Program-made: the position numbers and the translations under genes
From: Eledone cirrhosa
Taxonomy: Eukaryota
DNA length: 64,000 bases
Assembly: GCA_964016885.1 (NCBI GenBank)
Contig: OZ024742.1
Coordinates: forward strand, 378,448,001-378,512,000
Direction of reading: 5' to 3'
Notes under the pieces: model-generated
The model's input: only the letters and a program-made list of their open reading frames with translations
The model's database searches: none
What the model was told of the DNA's origin: nothing
In this document: piece by piece, positions 37,801-51,489 of the stretch
How positions within the stretch are numbered: position 1 is the stretch's first letter
Layout: every line of letters begins with the position of its first letter

Positions 37801-40800
37801 TAATGTTGTAGTCAGTTGTAGTCTATTGTAGCACTGAGCAGTCTATTGTATTAATGTTGTGGTCATTTGTAGCTCTATTATAGCACTGAGCAGTCTATTG
37901 TATTAATTTTGTGGTCATTTGTAGCTCTATTGTAGCACTGAGCATTGTATTGTATTAATGTTGTGGTCATTTGTAGTCTATTGTAGCACTGAGCAGTCTA
38001 TTGTATTAATGTTGTGGTCATTTGTAGCACTATTGTAGCACTGAGCAGTCTATTGTATTAATGTTGTGGTCATTTGTAGCTCTATTGTAGCACTGAGCAT
38101 TGTATTGTATTAATGTTGTGGTCATTTGTAGTCTATTGTAGCACTGAGCAGTCTATTGTATTAATGTTGTGGTCATTTGTAGCTCTATTGTAGCACTGAG
38201 CAGTCTATTGTATTAATGTTGTGGTCATTTGTAGCTCTATTGTAGCACTGAGCAGTCTATTGTATTAATGTTGTGGTCATTTGTAGTCTATTGTAGCACT
38301 GAGCAGTCTATTGTATTAGTGTTGTGGTCATTTGTAGCTCTATAGTAGCACTGAGCAGTCTATTGTATTAATGTTGTGGTCAGTTGTAGTCTATTGTAGC
38401 ACTGAGCAGTCTATTGTATTAATGTTGTGGTCATTTGTAGCTCTATTGTAGCACTGAGCAGTCTATTGTATTAATGTTGTGGTCATTTGTAGTCTATTGT
38501 AGCACTGAGCAGTCTATTGTATTAGTGTTGTGGTCATTTGTAGCTCAATAGTAGCACTGAGCAGTCTATTGTATTAATGTTGTGGTCATTTGTAGCTCTA
38601 TTGTAGCACTGAGCATTGTATTGTATTAATGTTGTGGTCATTTGTAGTCTATTGTAGCACTGAGCAGTCTATTGTATTAATGTTGTGGTCATTTGTAGTC
38701 TATTGTAGCACTGAGCAGTCTGTTGTATTAATGTTCTGGTCATTTGTAGCTCTATTGTAGCACTGAGCAGTCTATTGTATTAATGTTGTGGTCATTTGTA
38801 GTGTATTGTAGCACTGAGCAGTATGTTGTATTAATGTTGTGGTCATTTGTAGCTCTATTGTAGCACTGAGCACTTATTTGTATTAATGTTGTGGTCATTT
38901 GTAGTCTATTGTAGCACAGAGCAGTCTATTGTATTAGTGTTGTGGTCATTTGTAGCTCTATTGTAGCACTGAGCAGTCTATTGTATTAACGTTGTGGTCA
39001 TTTGTAGTCTATTGTAGCACTGAGCAGTCTATTGTATTAATGTTGTGGTCATATGTAGCTCTATTGTAGCACTGAGCAGTCTATTGTATTAATGTTGTGG
39101 TCAGTTGTAGTCTATTGTAGCACTGAGCAGTCTATTGTATTAATGTTGTGGTCAGTTGTAGTTCTATTGTAGCACTGAGCAGTCTATTGTATTAATGTTG
39201 TGGTCAATTCTATTCTATTGTAGCACTGAGCAGACTATTGTATTAATGTTGTGGTCATATGTAGTCTATTGTAGCACTGAGCAGTCTATTGTATTAGTGT
39301 TGTGGTCATTTGTAGTCTATTGTAGCACTGAGCAGTCTATTGTATTAATGCTGTGGTCAGTTATATTCTATTGTAGCACTGAGCAGACTATTGTATTAAT
39401 GTTGTGGTCATTTGTAGTCTATTGTAGTACTGAGCAGTCTATTTTATTAATGTTGTGGTCATTTGTAGCTCTATTGTAGCACTGAGCATTGTATGGTATT
39501 AATGTTGTGGTCATTTGTAGTCTATTGTAGCACTGAGCAGTCTATTGTATTAATGTTGTGGTCATTTGTAGTTCTATTGTAGCACTGAGCAGTCTATTGT
39601 ATTAATGTTGTGGTCATTTGTAGTCTATTGTAGCACTGAGCAGTCTATTGTATTAATGTTGTGGTCATTTGTAGTCTATTGTAGCACTGAGCAGTGTATT
39701 GTATTAATGTTGTGGTCATTTGTAGCTCTATTGTAGCACTGAGCATTGTATTGTATTAATGTTGTGGTCATTTGTAGTCTATTGTAGCACTGAGCAGTCT
39801 ATTGTATTAATGTTGTGGTCATTTGTAGTCTATTGTAGCACTGAGCAGTCTATTGTATTAATGTTTTGGTCATTTGTAGTATATTGTAGCACTGAGCAGT
39901 CTATTGTATTGATGTTGTGGTCATCCGTAGTCTATTGTAACATCAGCAGTCTATTGTATTAATGTTGTGGTTATTTGTAGCTCTATTGTAGCACTGAGCA
40001 GTCTATTATATTAATGTTGTGGTCATTTGTAGTCTATTGTAGCACTGAGCAGTCTATTGTATTAGTGTTGTGGTCATTTGTAGCTCTATTGTAGCACTGA
40101 GCAGTCTATTGTATTAATGTTGTGGTCAGTTGTAGTCTATTGTAGCACTGAGCAGTCTATTGTATTAATGTTGTGGTCATTTGTAGCTCTATTGTAGCAC
40201 TGAGCAGTCTATTGTATTAATGTTGTGGTCATTTGTAGCTCTATTGTAGCACTGAGCAGTCTATTGTATTAATGTTGTGGTCATTTGTAGCTCTATTGTA
40301 GCACCGAGCAGTCTATTGTATTAATGTTGTGGTCATTTGTAGTCTATTGTAGCACTGAGCAGTATATTGTATTAGTGTTGTGGTCATTTGTAGCTCTATA
40401 GTAGCACTGAGCAGTCTATTGTATTAGTGTTGTGGTCATTTGTAGCTCTATAGTAGCACTGAGCAGTCTATTGTATTAATGTTGTGGTCATTTGTAGCTC
40501 TATTGTAGCACTGAGCATTGTATTGTATTAATGTTGTGGTCATTTGTTGTCTATTGTAGCACTGAGCAGTCTATTGTATTAATGTTGTGGTCATTTGTAG
40601 TCTATTGTAGAACTGAGCAGTCTATTGTATTAATGTTGTGGTCATTCGTAGTCTATTGTAGCACTGAGCAGTCTATTGTATTAATGTTGTGGTCATTTGT
40701 AGTCTATTGTAGCACTGAACAGTCTATTGTATTAATGTTGTGGTCATTTGTAGCTCTATTGTAGCACTGAGCAGTCTATAATATTAATGTTGTGGTCATT

Positions 40801-43800
40801 TGTAGTCTGTTGTAGCACTGAGCAGTCTATTGTATTAGTGTTGTGGTCATTTGTAGCTCTATTGTAGCACTGAGCAGTCTATTGTATTAATGTTGTGTTC
40901 AGTTGTAGTCTATTGTAGCACTGAGCAGTCTATTGTATTAATGTTGTGGTCATTTGTAGCTCTATTGTAGCACTGAGCAGTCTATTGTATTAATTTTGTG
41001 GTCATTTGTAGCTCTATTGTAGCACTGAGCATTGTATTGTATTAATGTTGTGGTCATTTGTAGTCTATTGTAGCACTGAGCAGTCTATTGTATTAATGTT
41101 GTGGTCAGTTGTAGTCTATTGTAGCACTGAGCAGTCTATTGTATTAATGTTGTGGTCAGTTGTAGTTCTATTGTAGCACTGAGCAGTCTATTGTATTAAT
41201 GTTGTGGTCAATTGTATTCTATTGTAGCACTGAGCAGACTATTGTATTAATGTTGTGGTCATATGTAGTCTATTGTAGCACTGAGCAGTGTATTGTATTA
41301 GTGTTGTGGTCATTTGTAGTCTATTGTAGCACTGAGCAGTCTATTGTATTAATGCTGTGGTCAGTTATATTCTATTGTAGCATTGAGCAGACTATTGTAT
41401 TAATGTTGTGGTCATTTGTATTCTATTGTAGTACTGAGCAGTCTATTTTATTAATGTTGTGGTCATTTGTAGCTCTATTGTAGCACTGAGCATTGTATTG
41501 TATTAATGTTGTGGTCATTTGTAGTCTATTGTAGCACTGAGCAGTCTATTGTATTAATGTTGTGGTCATTTGTAGTTCTATTGTAGCACTGAGCAGTCTA
41601 TTGTATTAATGTTGTGGTCATTTGTAGTCTATTGTAGCACTGAGCAGTCTATTGTATTAATGTTGTGGTCATTTGTAGTCTATTGTAGCACTGAGCAGTG
41701 TATTGTATTAATGTTGTGGTCATTTGTAGCTCTATTGTAGCACTGAGCATTGTATTGTATTAATGTTGTGGTCATTTGTAGCCTATTGTAGCACTGAGCA
41801 GTCTATTGTATTAATGTTGTGGTCATTTGTAGTTCTATTGTAGCACTGAGCAGTCTATTGTATTAATGTTGTGGTAATTAGTAGTCTATTGTAGCACTGA
41901 GCAGTGTATTGTATTAATATTGTGGTCATTTGTAGTCTATTGTAGCACTGAGCAGTCTATTTTATTAATGTTGTGGTCATTTGTAGTCTATTGTAGCACT
42001 GAGCAGTCTATTGAATTAATGTTGTGGTCATTTGTAGCTCTATTGTAGCACTGAGCAGTCTATTGTATTAATGTTGTGGTCATTTGTAGTCTATTGTAGC
42101 ACTGAGCAGTCTGTTGTATTAATGTTGTGGTCATTTGTAGCTCTATTGTAGCACTGAGCAGTCTGTTGTATTAATGTTGTGGTCATTTGTAGCTTTATTG
42201 TAGAACTGAGCACTCTATTGTATTAATGTTGTGGTCATTTGCAGCTCTATTGTAGCACTGAGCAGTCTATTGTATTAATGTTTTGGTCATTTGTAGTCTA
42301 TTGTAGCACTGAGCAGTCTATTGTATTGATGTTGTGGTCATCCGTAGTCTATTGTAACACTGAGCAGTCTATTGTATTAATGTTGTGGTTATTTGTAGCT
42401 CTATTGTAGCACTGAGCAGTCTATTATATTAATGTTGTGGTCATTTGTAGTCTATTGTAGCACTGAGCAGTCTATTGTATTAGTGTTGTGGTCATTTGTA
42501 GCTCTATTGTAGCACTGAGCAGTCTATTGTATTAATGTTGTGGTCAGTTGTAGTCTATTGTAGCACTGAGCAGTCTATTGTATTAATGTTGTGGTCATTT
42601 GTAGCTCTATTGTAGCACTGAGCAGTCTATTGTATTAATGTTGTGGTCATTTGTAGCTCTATTGTAGCACTGAGCAGTCTATTGTATTAATGTTGTGGTC
42701 ATTTGTAGCTCTATTGTAGCACCGAGCAGTCTATTGTATTAATGTTGTGGTCATTTGTAGTCTATTGTAGCAATGAGCAGTATATTGTATTAATGTTGTG
42801 GTCATTTGTAGCTCTATTGTAGCACTGAGCATTGTATTGTATTAATGTTGTGGTCATTTGTTGTCTATTGTAGCACTGAGCAGTCTATTGTATTAATGTT
42901 GTGGTCATTTGTAGTCTATTGTAGAACTGAGCAGTCTATTGTATTAATGTTGTGGTCATTCGTAGTCTATTGTAGCACTGAGCAGTCTATTGTATTAATG
43001 TTGTGGTCATTTGTAGTCTATTGTAGCACTGAACAGTCTATTGTATTAATGTTGTGGTCATTTGTAGCTCTATTGTAGCACTGAGCAGTCTATTATATTA
43101 ATGTTGTGGTCATTTGTAGTCTATTGTAGCACTGAGCAGTCTATTGTATTAGTGTTGTGGTCATTTGTAGCTCTATTGTAGCACTGAGCAGTCTATTGTA
43201 TTAATGTTGTGGTCAGTTGTAGTCTATTGTAGCACTGAGCAGTCTATTGTATTAATGTTGTGGTCATTTGTAGCTCTATTGTAGCACTGAGCAGTCTATT
43301 GTATTAATTTTGTGGTCATTTGTAGCTCTATTGTAGCACTGAGCATTGTATTGTATTAATGTTGTGGTCATTTGTAGTCTATTGTAGCACTGAGCAGTCT
43401 ATTGTATTAATGTTGTGGTCATTTGTAGCTCTATTGTAGCACTGAGCAGTCTATTGTATTAATGTTGTGGTCATTTGTAGCTCTATTGTAGCACTGAGCA
43501 TTGTATTGTATTAATGTTGTGGTCATTTGTAGTCTATTGTAGCACTGAGCAGTCAATTGTATTAATGTTGTGGTCATTTGTAGTCTATTGTAGCACTGAG
43601 CACTCTGTTGTATTAATGTTGTGGTCATTTGTAGCTTTATTGAAGAACTGAGCACTCTATTGTATTAATGTTGTGGTCATTTGCAGCTCTATTGTAGCAC
43701 TGAGCCGTGTATTGTAATAGTGTTGTGGTCATTTGTAGCTCTATTGTAGCACTGAGCAATCTATTGTATTAATGTTGTGGTCAGTTGTATTCTATTGTAG

Positions 43801-46329
43801 CACTGAGCATACTATTTTATTAATGTTGTGGTCATTTGTAGTATATTGTAGTTCTGAGCAGTCTATTGTATTGATGTTGTGGTCATTTGTAGTCTATTGT
43901 AGCACTGCGCAGTCTATTGTATTAATGTTTTGGTCATTTGTAGTCTATTGTAGCACTGAGCAGTCTATTGTATTGATGTTGTGGTCATCCGTAGTCTATT
44001 GTAACACTGAGCAGTCTATTGTATTAATGTTGTGGTTATTTGTAGCTCTATTGTAGCACTGAGCAGTCTATTATATTAATGTTGTGGTCATTTGTAGTCT
44101 ATTGTAGCACTGAGCAGTCTATTGTATTAGTGTTGTGGTCATTTATAGCTCTATTGTAGCACTGAGCAGTCTATTGTATTAATGTTGTGGTCAGTTGTAG
44201 TCTATTGTAGCACTGAGCAGTCTATTGTATTAATGTTGTGGTCATTTGTAGCTCTATTGTAGCACTGAGCAGTCTATTGTATTAATGTTGTGGTCATTTG
44301 TAGCTCTATTGTAGCACAGAGCAGTCTATTGTATTAATGTTGTGGTCATTTGTAGCTCTATTGTAGCACCGAGCAGTATATTGTATTAATGTTGTGGTCA
44401 TTTGTAGTCTATTGTAGCACTGAGCAGTCTATTGTATTAATGTTGTGGTCAGTTGTAGTCTATTGTAGCACTGAGCAGTCTATTGTATTAATGTTGTGGT
44501 CATTTGTAGCTCTATTGTAGCACTGAGCAGTCTATTGTATTAATGTTGTGGTCATTTGTATGTCTATTGTAGCACTGAGCAGTCTATTGTATTAGTGTTG
44601 TGGTCATTTGTAGCTCTATAGTAGCACTGAGCAGTCTATTGTATTAATGTTGTGGTCATTTGTAGCTCTATTGTAGCACTGAGCATTGTATTGTATTAAT
44701 GTTGTGGTCATTTGTTGTCTATTGTAGCACTGAGCAGTCTATTGTATTAATGTTGTGGTCATTTGTAGTCTATTGTAGAACTGAGCAGTCTATTGTATAA
44801 ATGTTGTGGTCATTCGTAGTCTATTGTAGCACTGAGCAGTCTATTGTATTAATGTTGTGGTCATTTGTAGTCTATTGTAGCACTGAACAGTCTATTGTAT
44901 TAATGTTGTGGTCATTTGTAGCTCTATTGTAGCACTGAGCAGTCTATTATATTAATGTTGTGGTCATTTGTAGTCTATTGTAGCACTGAGCAGTCTATTG
45001 TATTAGTGTTGTGGTCATTTGTAGCTCTATTGTAGCACTGAGCAGTCTATTGTATTAATGTTGTAGTCAGTTGTAGTCTATTGTAGCACTGAGCAGTCTA
45101 TTGTATTAATGTTGTGGTCATTTGTAGCTCTATTATAGCACTGAGCAGTCTATTGTATTAATTTTGTGGTCATTTGTAGCTCTATTGTAGCACTGAGCAT
45201 TGTATTGTATTAATGTTGTGGTCATTTGTAGTCTATTGTAGCACTGAGCAGTCTATTGTATTAATGTTGTGGTCATTTGTAGCACTATTGTAGCACTGAG
45301 CAGTCTATTGTATTAATGTTGTGGTCATTTGTAGCTCTATTGTAGCACTGAGCATTGTATTGTATTAATGTTGTGGTCATTTGTAGTCTATTGTAGCACT
45401 GAGCAGTCTATTGTATTAATGTTGTGGTCATTTGTAGCTCTATTGTAGCACTGAGCAGTCTATTGTATTAATGTTGTGGTCATTTGTAGCTCTATTGTAG
45501 CACTGAGCAGTCTATTGTATTAATGTTGTGGTCATTTGTAGTCTATTGTAGCACTGAGCAGTCTATTGTATTAGTGTTGTGGTCATTTGTAGCTCTATAG
45601 TAGCACTGAGCAGTCTATTGTATTAATGTTGTGGTCAGTTGTAGTCTATTGTAGCACTGAGCAGTCTATTGTATTAATGTTGTGGTCATTTGTAGCTCTA
45701 TTGTAGCACTGAGCAGTCTATTGTATTAATGTTGTGGTCATTTGTAGTCTATTGTAGCACTGAGCAGTCTATTGTATTAGTGTTGTGGTCATTTGTAGCT
45801 CAATAGTAGCACTGAGCAGTCTATTGTATTAATGTTGTGGTCATTTGTAGCTCTATTGTAGCACTGAGCATTGTATTGTATTAATGTTGTGGTCATTTGT
45901 AGTCTATTGTAGCACTGAGCAGTCTATTGTATTAATGTTGTGGTCATTTGTAGTCTATTGTAGCACTGAGCAGTCTGTTGTATTAATGTTCTGGTCATTT
46001 GTAGCTCTATTGTAGCACTGAGCAGTCTATTGTATTAATGTTGTGGTCATTTGTAGTGTATTGTAGCACTGAGCAGTATGTTGTATTAATGTTGTGGTCA
46101 TTTGTAGCTCTATTGTAGCACTGAGCACTTATTTGTATTAATGTTGTGGTCATTTGTAGTCTATTGTAGCACAGAGCAGTCTATTGTATTAGTGTTGTGG
46201 TCATTTGTATCTCTATTGTAGCACTGAGCAGTCTATTGTATTAACGTTGTGGTCATTTGTAGTCTATTGTAGCACTGAGCAGTCTATTGTATTAATGTTG
46301 TGGTCATATGTAGCTCTATTGTAGCACTG
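31805..46329 (+). repeat. Near-perfect tandem duplication of a 7255-bp unit (~141 monomers)
   Basis: Seven ORF pairs (31940/39195 through 36517/43772) are offset by exactly 7255. Private variants AACATCAGC, GTATGTCT, TATAAATG and CACTTATTTG (38871/46126) recur at +7255. The copies diverge at 39075/46330. Confidence 0.95.
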
Positions 46330-49300
46330 TGCCGTGTATTGTATTAGTGTTGTGGTCATTTGTAGCTCTATTGTAGCACTGAGCAGTCTATTGTATTAAT
46401 GTTGTGGTCAGTTGTATTCTATTGTAGCACTGAGCAGACTATTGTATTAATGTTGTGATCATTTGTAGTATATTGTAGTTCTGAGCAGTCTATTGTATTC
46501 ATGTTGTAGTCATTTGTAGTCTATTGTAGCACTGAGCAGTCTATTGTATTAATGTTGTGGTCATTTGTAGTCTATTGTAGCACTGAGCAGTCTATTGTAT
46601 TAATGTTGTGGTCATTTGTAGTCTATTGTAGCACTGAGCAGTCTATTGTATTAATGTTGTGGTCATTTGTAGCTCTATTGCAGCACTGAGCAGTCTATTA
46701 TATTAATGTTGTGGTCATTTGTAGCTCTATTGTAGCACTGAGCAGTCTATTGTATTAATGTTGTGGTCATTTGTAGCTCTATTGTAGCACTGAGCAGTCT
46801 ATTGTATTAATGTTGTGGTCATTTGTAGTCTATTGTAGCACTGAGCAGTCTATTGTATTAATGTTGTGGTCATTTGTAGCTCTATTGTAGCACTGAGCAG
46901 TCTATTGTATTAATGTTGTGGTCATTTGTAGCTCTATTGTAGCACTGAGCAGTCTATTGTATTAATGTTGTGGTCATTTGTAGTCTAGTGTAGCACTGAG
47001 CAGTCTATTGTATTAGTGTTGTGGTCATTTGTAGCTCTATAGTAGCACTGAGCAGTCTATTGTATTAATGTTGTGGTCAGTTGTAGTCTATTGTAGCACT
47101 GAGCAGACTATTGTATTAATGTTGTGGTCATTTGTAGTATATTGTAATTCTGAGCAGTCTATTGTATTGATGTTGTGGTCATTTGTAGTCTATTGTAGCA
47201 CTGATCAGTCTATTGTATTAATGTTGTGGTCATTTGTAGTCTATTGTAGCACTGAGCAGTCTATTGTATTAATGTTGTGGTCATTTGTAGTCTATTGTAG
47301 CACTGAGCAGTCTATTGTATTAATGTTGTGGTCATTTGTAGCTCTATTGTAGCACTGAGCATTGTATTGTATTAATGTTGTGGTCATTTGTAGTCTATTG
47401 TAGCACTGAGCAGTCTATTGTATTAATGTTGTGGTCATTTGTAGCTCTATTGTAGCACTGAGCAGTCTATTGTATTAATGTTGTGGTCATTTGTAGCTCT
47501 ATTGTAGCACTGAGCAGTCTATTGTATTAATGTTGTGGTCATTTGTAGTCTATTGTAGCACTGAGCAGTCTATTGTATTAGTGTTGTGGTCATTTGTAGC
47601 TCTATAGTAGCACTGAGCAGTTTATTGTATTAATGTTGTGGTCAGTTGTAGTCTATTATAGCACTGAGCAGTCTATTGTATTAATGTTGTGGTCATTTGT
47701 AGCTCTATTGTAGCACTGAGCAGTCTATTGTATTAATGTTGTGGTCATTTGTAGTCTATTGTAGCACTGAGCAGTCTATTGTATTAGTGTTGTGGTCATT
47801 TGTAGCTCAATAGTAGCACTGAGCAGTCTATTGTATTAATGTTGTGGTCATTTGTAGCTCTATTGTAGCACTGAGCATTGTATTGTATTAATGTTGTGGT
47901 CATTTGTAGTCTATTGTAGCACTGAGCAGTCTATTGTATTAATGTTGTGGTCATTTGTAGTCTATTGTAGCACTGAGCAGTCTGTTGTATTAATGTTCTG
48001 GTCATTTGTAGCTCTATTGTAGCACTGAGCAGTCTATTGTATTAATGTTGTGGTCATTTGTAGTGTATTGTAGCACTGAGCAGTATGTTGTATTAATGTT
48101 GTGCTCATTTGTAGCTCTATTGTAGCACTGAGCACTTTATTGTATTAATGTTGTGGTCATTTGTAGTCTATTGTAGCACAGAGCAGTCTATTGTATTAGT
48201 GTTGTGGTCATTTGTAGCTCTATTGTAGCACTGAGCAGTCTATTGTATTAATGTTGTGGTCATTTGTAGTCTATTGTAGCACTGAGCAGTCTATTGTATT
48301 AATGTTGTGGTCATATGTAGCTCTATTGTAGCACTGTGCCGTGTATTGTATTAGTGTTGTGGTCATTTGTAGCTCTATTGTAGCACTGAGCAGTCTATTG
48401 TATTAATGTTGTGGTCAGTTGTATTCTATTGTAGCACTGAGCAGACTATTGTATTAATGTTGTGATCATTTGTAGTATATTGTAGTTCTGAGCAGTCTAT
48501 TGTATTGATGTTGTAGTCATTTGTAGTCTATTGTAGCACTGAGCAGTCTATTGTATTAATGTTGTGGTCATTTGTAGTCTATTGTAGCACTGAGCAGTCT
48601 ATTGTATTAATGTTGTGGTCATTTGTAGTCTATTGTAGCACTGAGCAGTCTATTGTATTAATGTTGTGGTCATTTGTAGCTCTATTGCAGCACTGAGCAG
48701 TCTATTATATTAATGTTGTGGTCATTTGTAGCTCTATTGTAGCACTGAGCAGTCTATTGTATTAATGTTGTGGTCATTTGTAGCTCTATTGTAGCACTGA
48801 GCAGTCTATTGTATTAATGTTGTGGTCATTTGTAGTCTATTGTAGCACTGAGCAGTCTATTGTATTAATGTTGTGGTCATTTGTAGCTCTATTGTAGCAC
48901 TGAGCAGTCTATTGTATTAATGTTGTGGTCATTTGTAGCTCTATTGTAGCACTGAGCAGTCTATTGTATTAATGTTGTATTAATGTTGTGGTCATTTGTA
49001 GTCTATTGTAGCACTGAGCAGTCTATTGTATTAGTGTTGTGGTCATTTGTAGCTCTATAGTAGCACTGAGCAGTCTATTGTATTAATGTTGTGGTCAGTT
49101 GTAGTCTATTGTAGCACTGAGCAGACTATTGTATTAATGTTGTGGTCATTTGTAGTATATTGTAATTCTGAGCAGTCTATTGTATTGATGTTGTGGTCAT
49201 TTGTAGTCTATTGTAGCACTGATCAGTCTATTGTATTAATGTTGTGGTCATTTGTAGTCTATTGTAGCACTGAGCAGTCTATTGTATTAATGTTGTGGTC

Positions 49301-49370
49301 GTTTGTAGTCTATTGTAGCACTGAGCAGTCTATTGTATTAATGTTGTGGTCATTTGTAGCTCTATTGTAG
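45340..49370 (+). repeat. Tandem higher-order duplication, 2007-bp unit (39 monomers)
   Basis: CACTGTGCCG at 46325 and 48332 (2007). ORFs 47068/49086 are offset by 2018, which equals 2007 plus the 11-bp insertion at 48975. Confidence 0.88.
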
Positions 49371-51489
49371 CACTGAGCAGTCTATTATATTAATGTTGTG
49401 GTCATTTGGAGTCTATTGTAGCACTGAGCAGTCTATTGTATTAGTGTTGTGGTCATTTGTAGCTCTATTGTAGCACTGAGCAGTCTATTGTATTAATGTT
49501 GTGGTCAGTTGTAGTCTATTGTAGCACTGAGCAGTCTATTGTATTAATGTTGTGGTCATTTGTAGCTCTATTGTAGCACTGAGCAGTCTATTGTATAAAT
49601 GTTGTGGTCATTTGTAGCTCTATTGTAGCACTGAGCATTGTATTGTATTAATGTTGTGGTCATTTGTAGTCTATTGTAGCACTGAGAAGTCAATTGTATT
49701 AATGTTGTGGTCATTTGTAGCTCTATTGTAGCACTGAGCAGTCTATTGTATTAATGTTGTGGTCATTTGTAGCTCTATTATAGCACTGAGCCGTGTATTG
49801 TAATAGTGTTGTGGTCATTTGTAGCTCTATTGTAGCACTGAGCAATCTATTGTATTAATGTTGTGGTCAGTTGTATTCTATTGTAGCACTGAGCAGACTA
49901 TTGTATTAATGTTGTGGTCATTTGTAGTATATTGTAGTTCTGAGCAGTCTATTGTATTGATGCTGTGGTCATTTGTAGTCTATTGTAGCACTGAGCAGTC
50001 TATTGTATTAATGTTTTGGTCATTTGTAGTCTATTGTAGCACTGAGCAGTCTATTGTATTGATGTTGTGGTCATCCGTAGTCTATTGTAGCACTGAGCAG
50101 TCTATTGTATTAATGTTGTGGTCATTTGTAGCTCTATTGTAGCACCGAGCAGTCTATTGTATTAATGTTGTGGTCATTTGTAGTCTATTGTAGCACTGAA
50201 CAGTCTATTGTATTAGTGTTGTGGTCATTTGTAGCTCTATAGTAGCACTGAGCAGTCTATTGTATTAATGTTGTGGTCAGTTGTAGTCTATTGTAGCACT
50301 GAGCAGTCTATTGTATTAATGTTGTGATCATTTGTAGCTCTATTGTAGCACTGAGCAGTCTATTGTATTAATGTTGTGGTCAGTTGTAGTGTATTGTAGC
50401 ACTGAGCAGTCTATTGTATTAATGTTGTGGTCATTTGTAGCTCTATTGTAGCACTGAGCAGTCTATTGTATTAATTTTGTGGTCATTTGTAGCTCTATTG
50501 TAGCACTGAGCATTGTATTGTATTAATGTTGTGGTCATTTGTAGTCTATTGTAGCACTGAGCAGTCTATTGTATTAATGTTGTGGTCATTTGTAGCTCTA
50601 TTGTAGCACTGAGCAGTCTATTGTATTAATGTTGTGGTCATTTGTAGCTCTATTGTAGCACTGAGCAGTCTATTGTATTAATGTTGTGGTCATTTGTAGC
50701 TCTATTGTAGCACTGAGCAGTCTATTGTATTAATGTTGTGGTCATTTGTAGTCTATTGTAGCACTGAGCAGTCTATTGTATTAGTGTTGTGGTCATTTGT
50801 AGCTCTATAGTAGCACTGAGCAGTCTATTGTATTAATGTTGTGGTCAGTTGTAGTCTATTGTAGCACTGAGCAGTCTATTGTATTAATGTTGTGGTCATT
50901 TGTAGCTCTATGGTAGCACTGAGCAGTCTATTTTATTAATGTTGTGGTCATTTGTAGTCTATTGTAGCACTGAGCAGTCTATTGTATTAGTGTTGTGGTC
51001 ATTTGTAGCTCAATAGTAGCACTGAGCAGTCTATTGTATTAATGTTGTGGTCATTTGTAGCTCTATTGTAGCACTGAGCATTGTATTGTATTAATGTTGT
51101 GGTCATTTGTAGTCTATTGTAGCACTGAGCAGTCTATTGTATTAATGTTGTGGTCATTTGTAGCTATATTGTAGCACTGAGCAGTCTATTGTATTAATGT
51201 TGTGGTCAGTTGTATTCTATTGTAGCACTGAGCAGACTATTGTATTAATGTTGTGGTCATATGTAGTCTATTGTAGCACTGAGCAGTCTATTGTATTAGT
51301 ATTGTGGTCATTTGTAGTCTATTGTAGCACTGAGCAGTCTATTGTATTAATGCTGTGGTCAGTTATATTCTATTGTAGCACTGAGCAGACTATTGTATTA
51401 CTGTTGTGGTCATTTGTAGTCTATTGTAGCACTGAGCAGTCTATTTTATTAATATTGTGGTCATTTGTAGCTCTATTGTAGCACTGAGC

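Noticed and set aside
36176-43655. Two minus-strand 74-aa ORFs
   Set aside because: Chance loss of stops in consecutive variant monomers, duplicated by the 7255-bp event.
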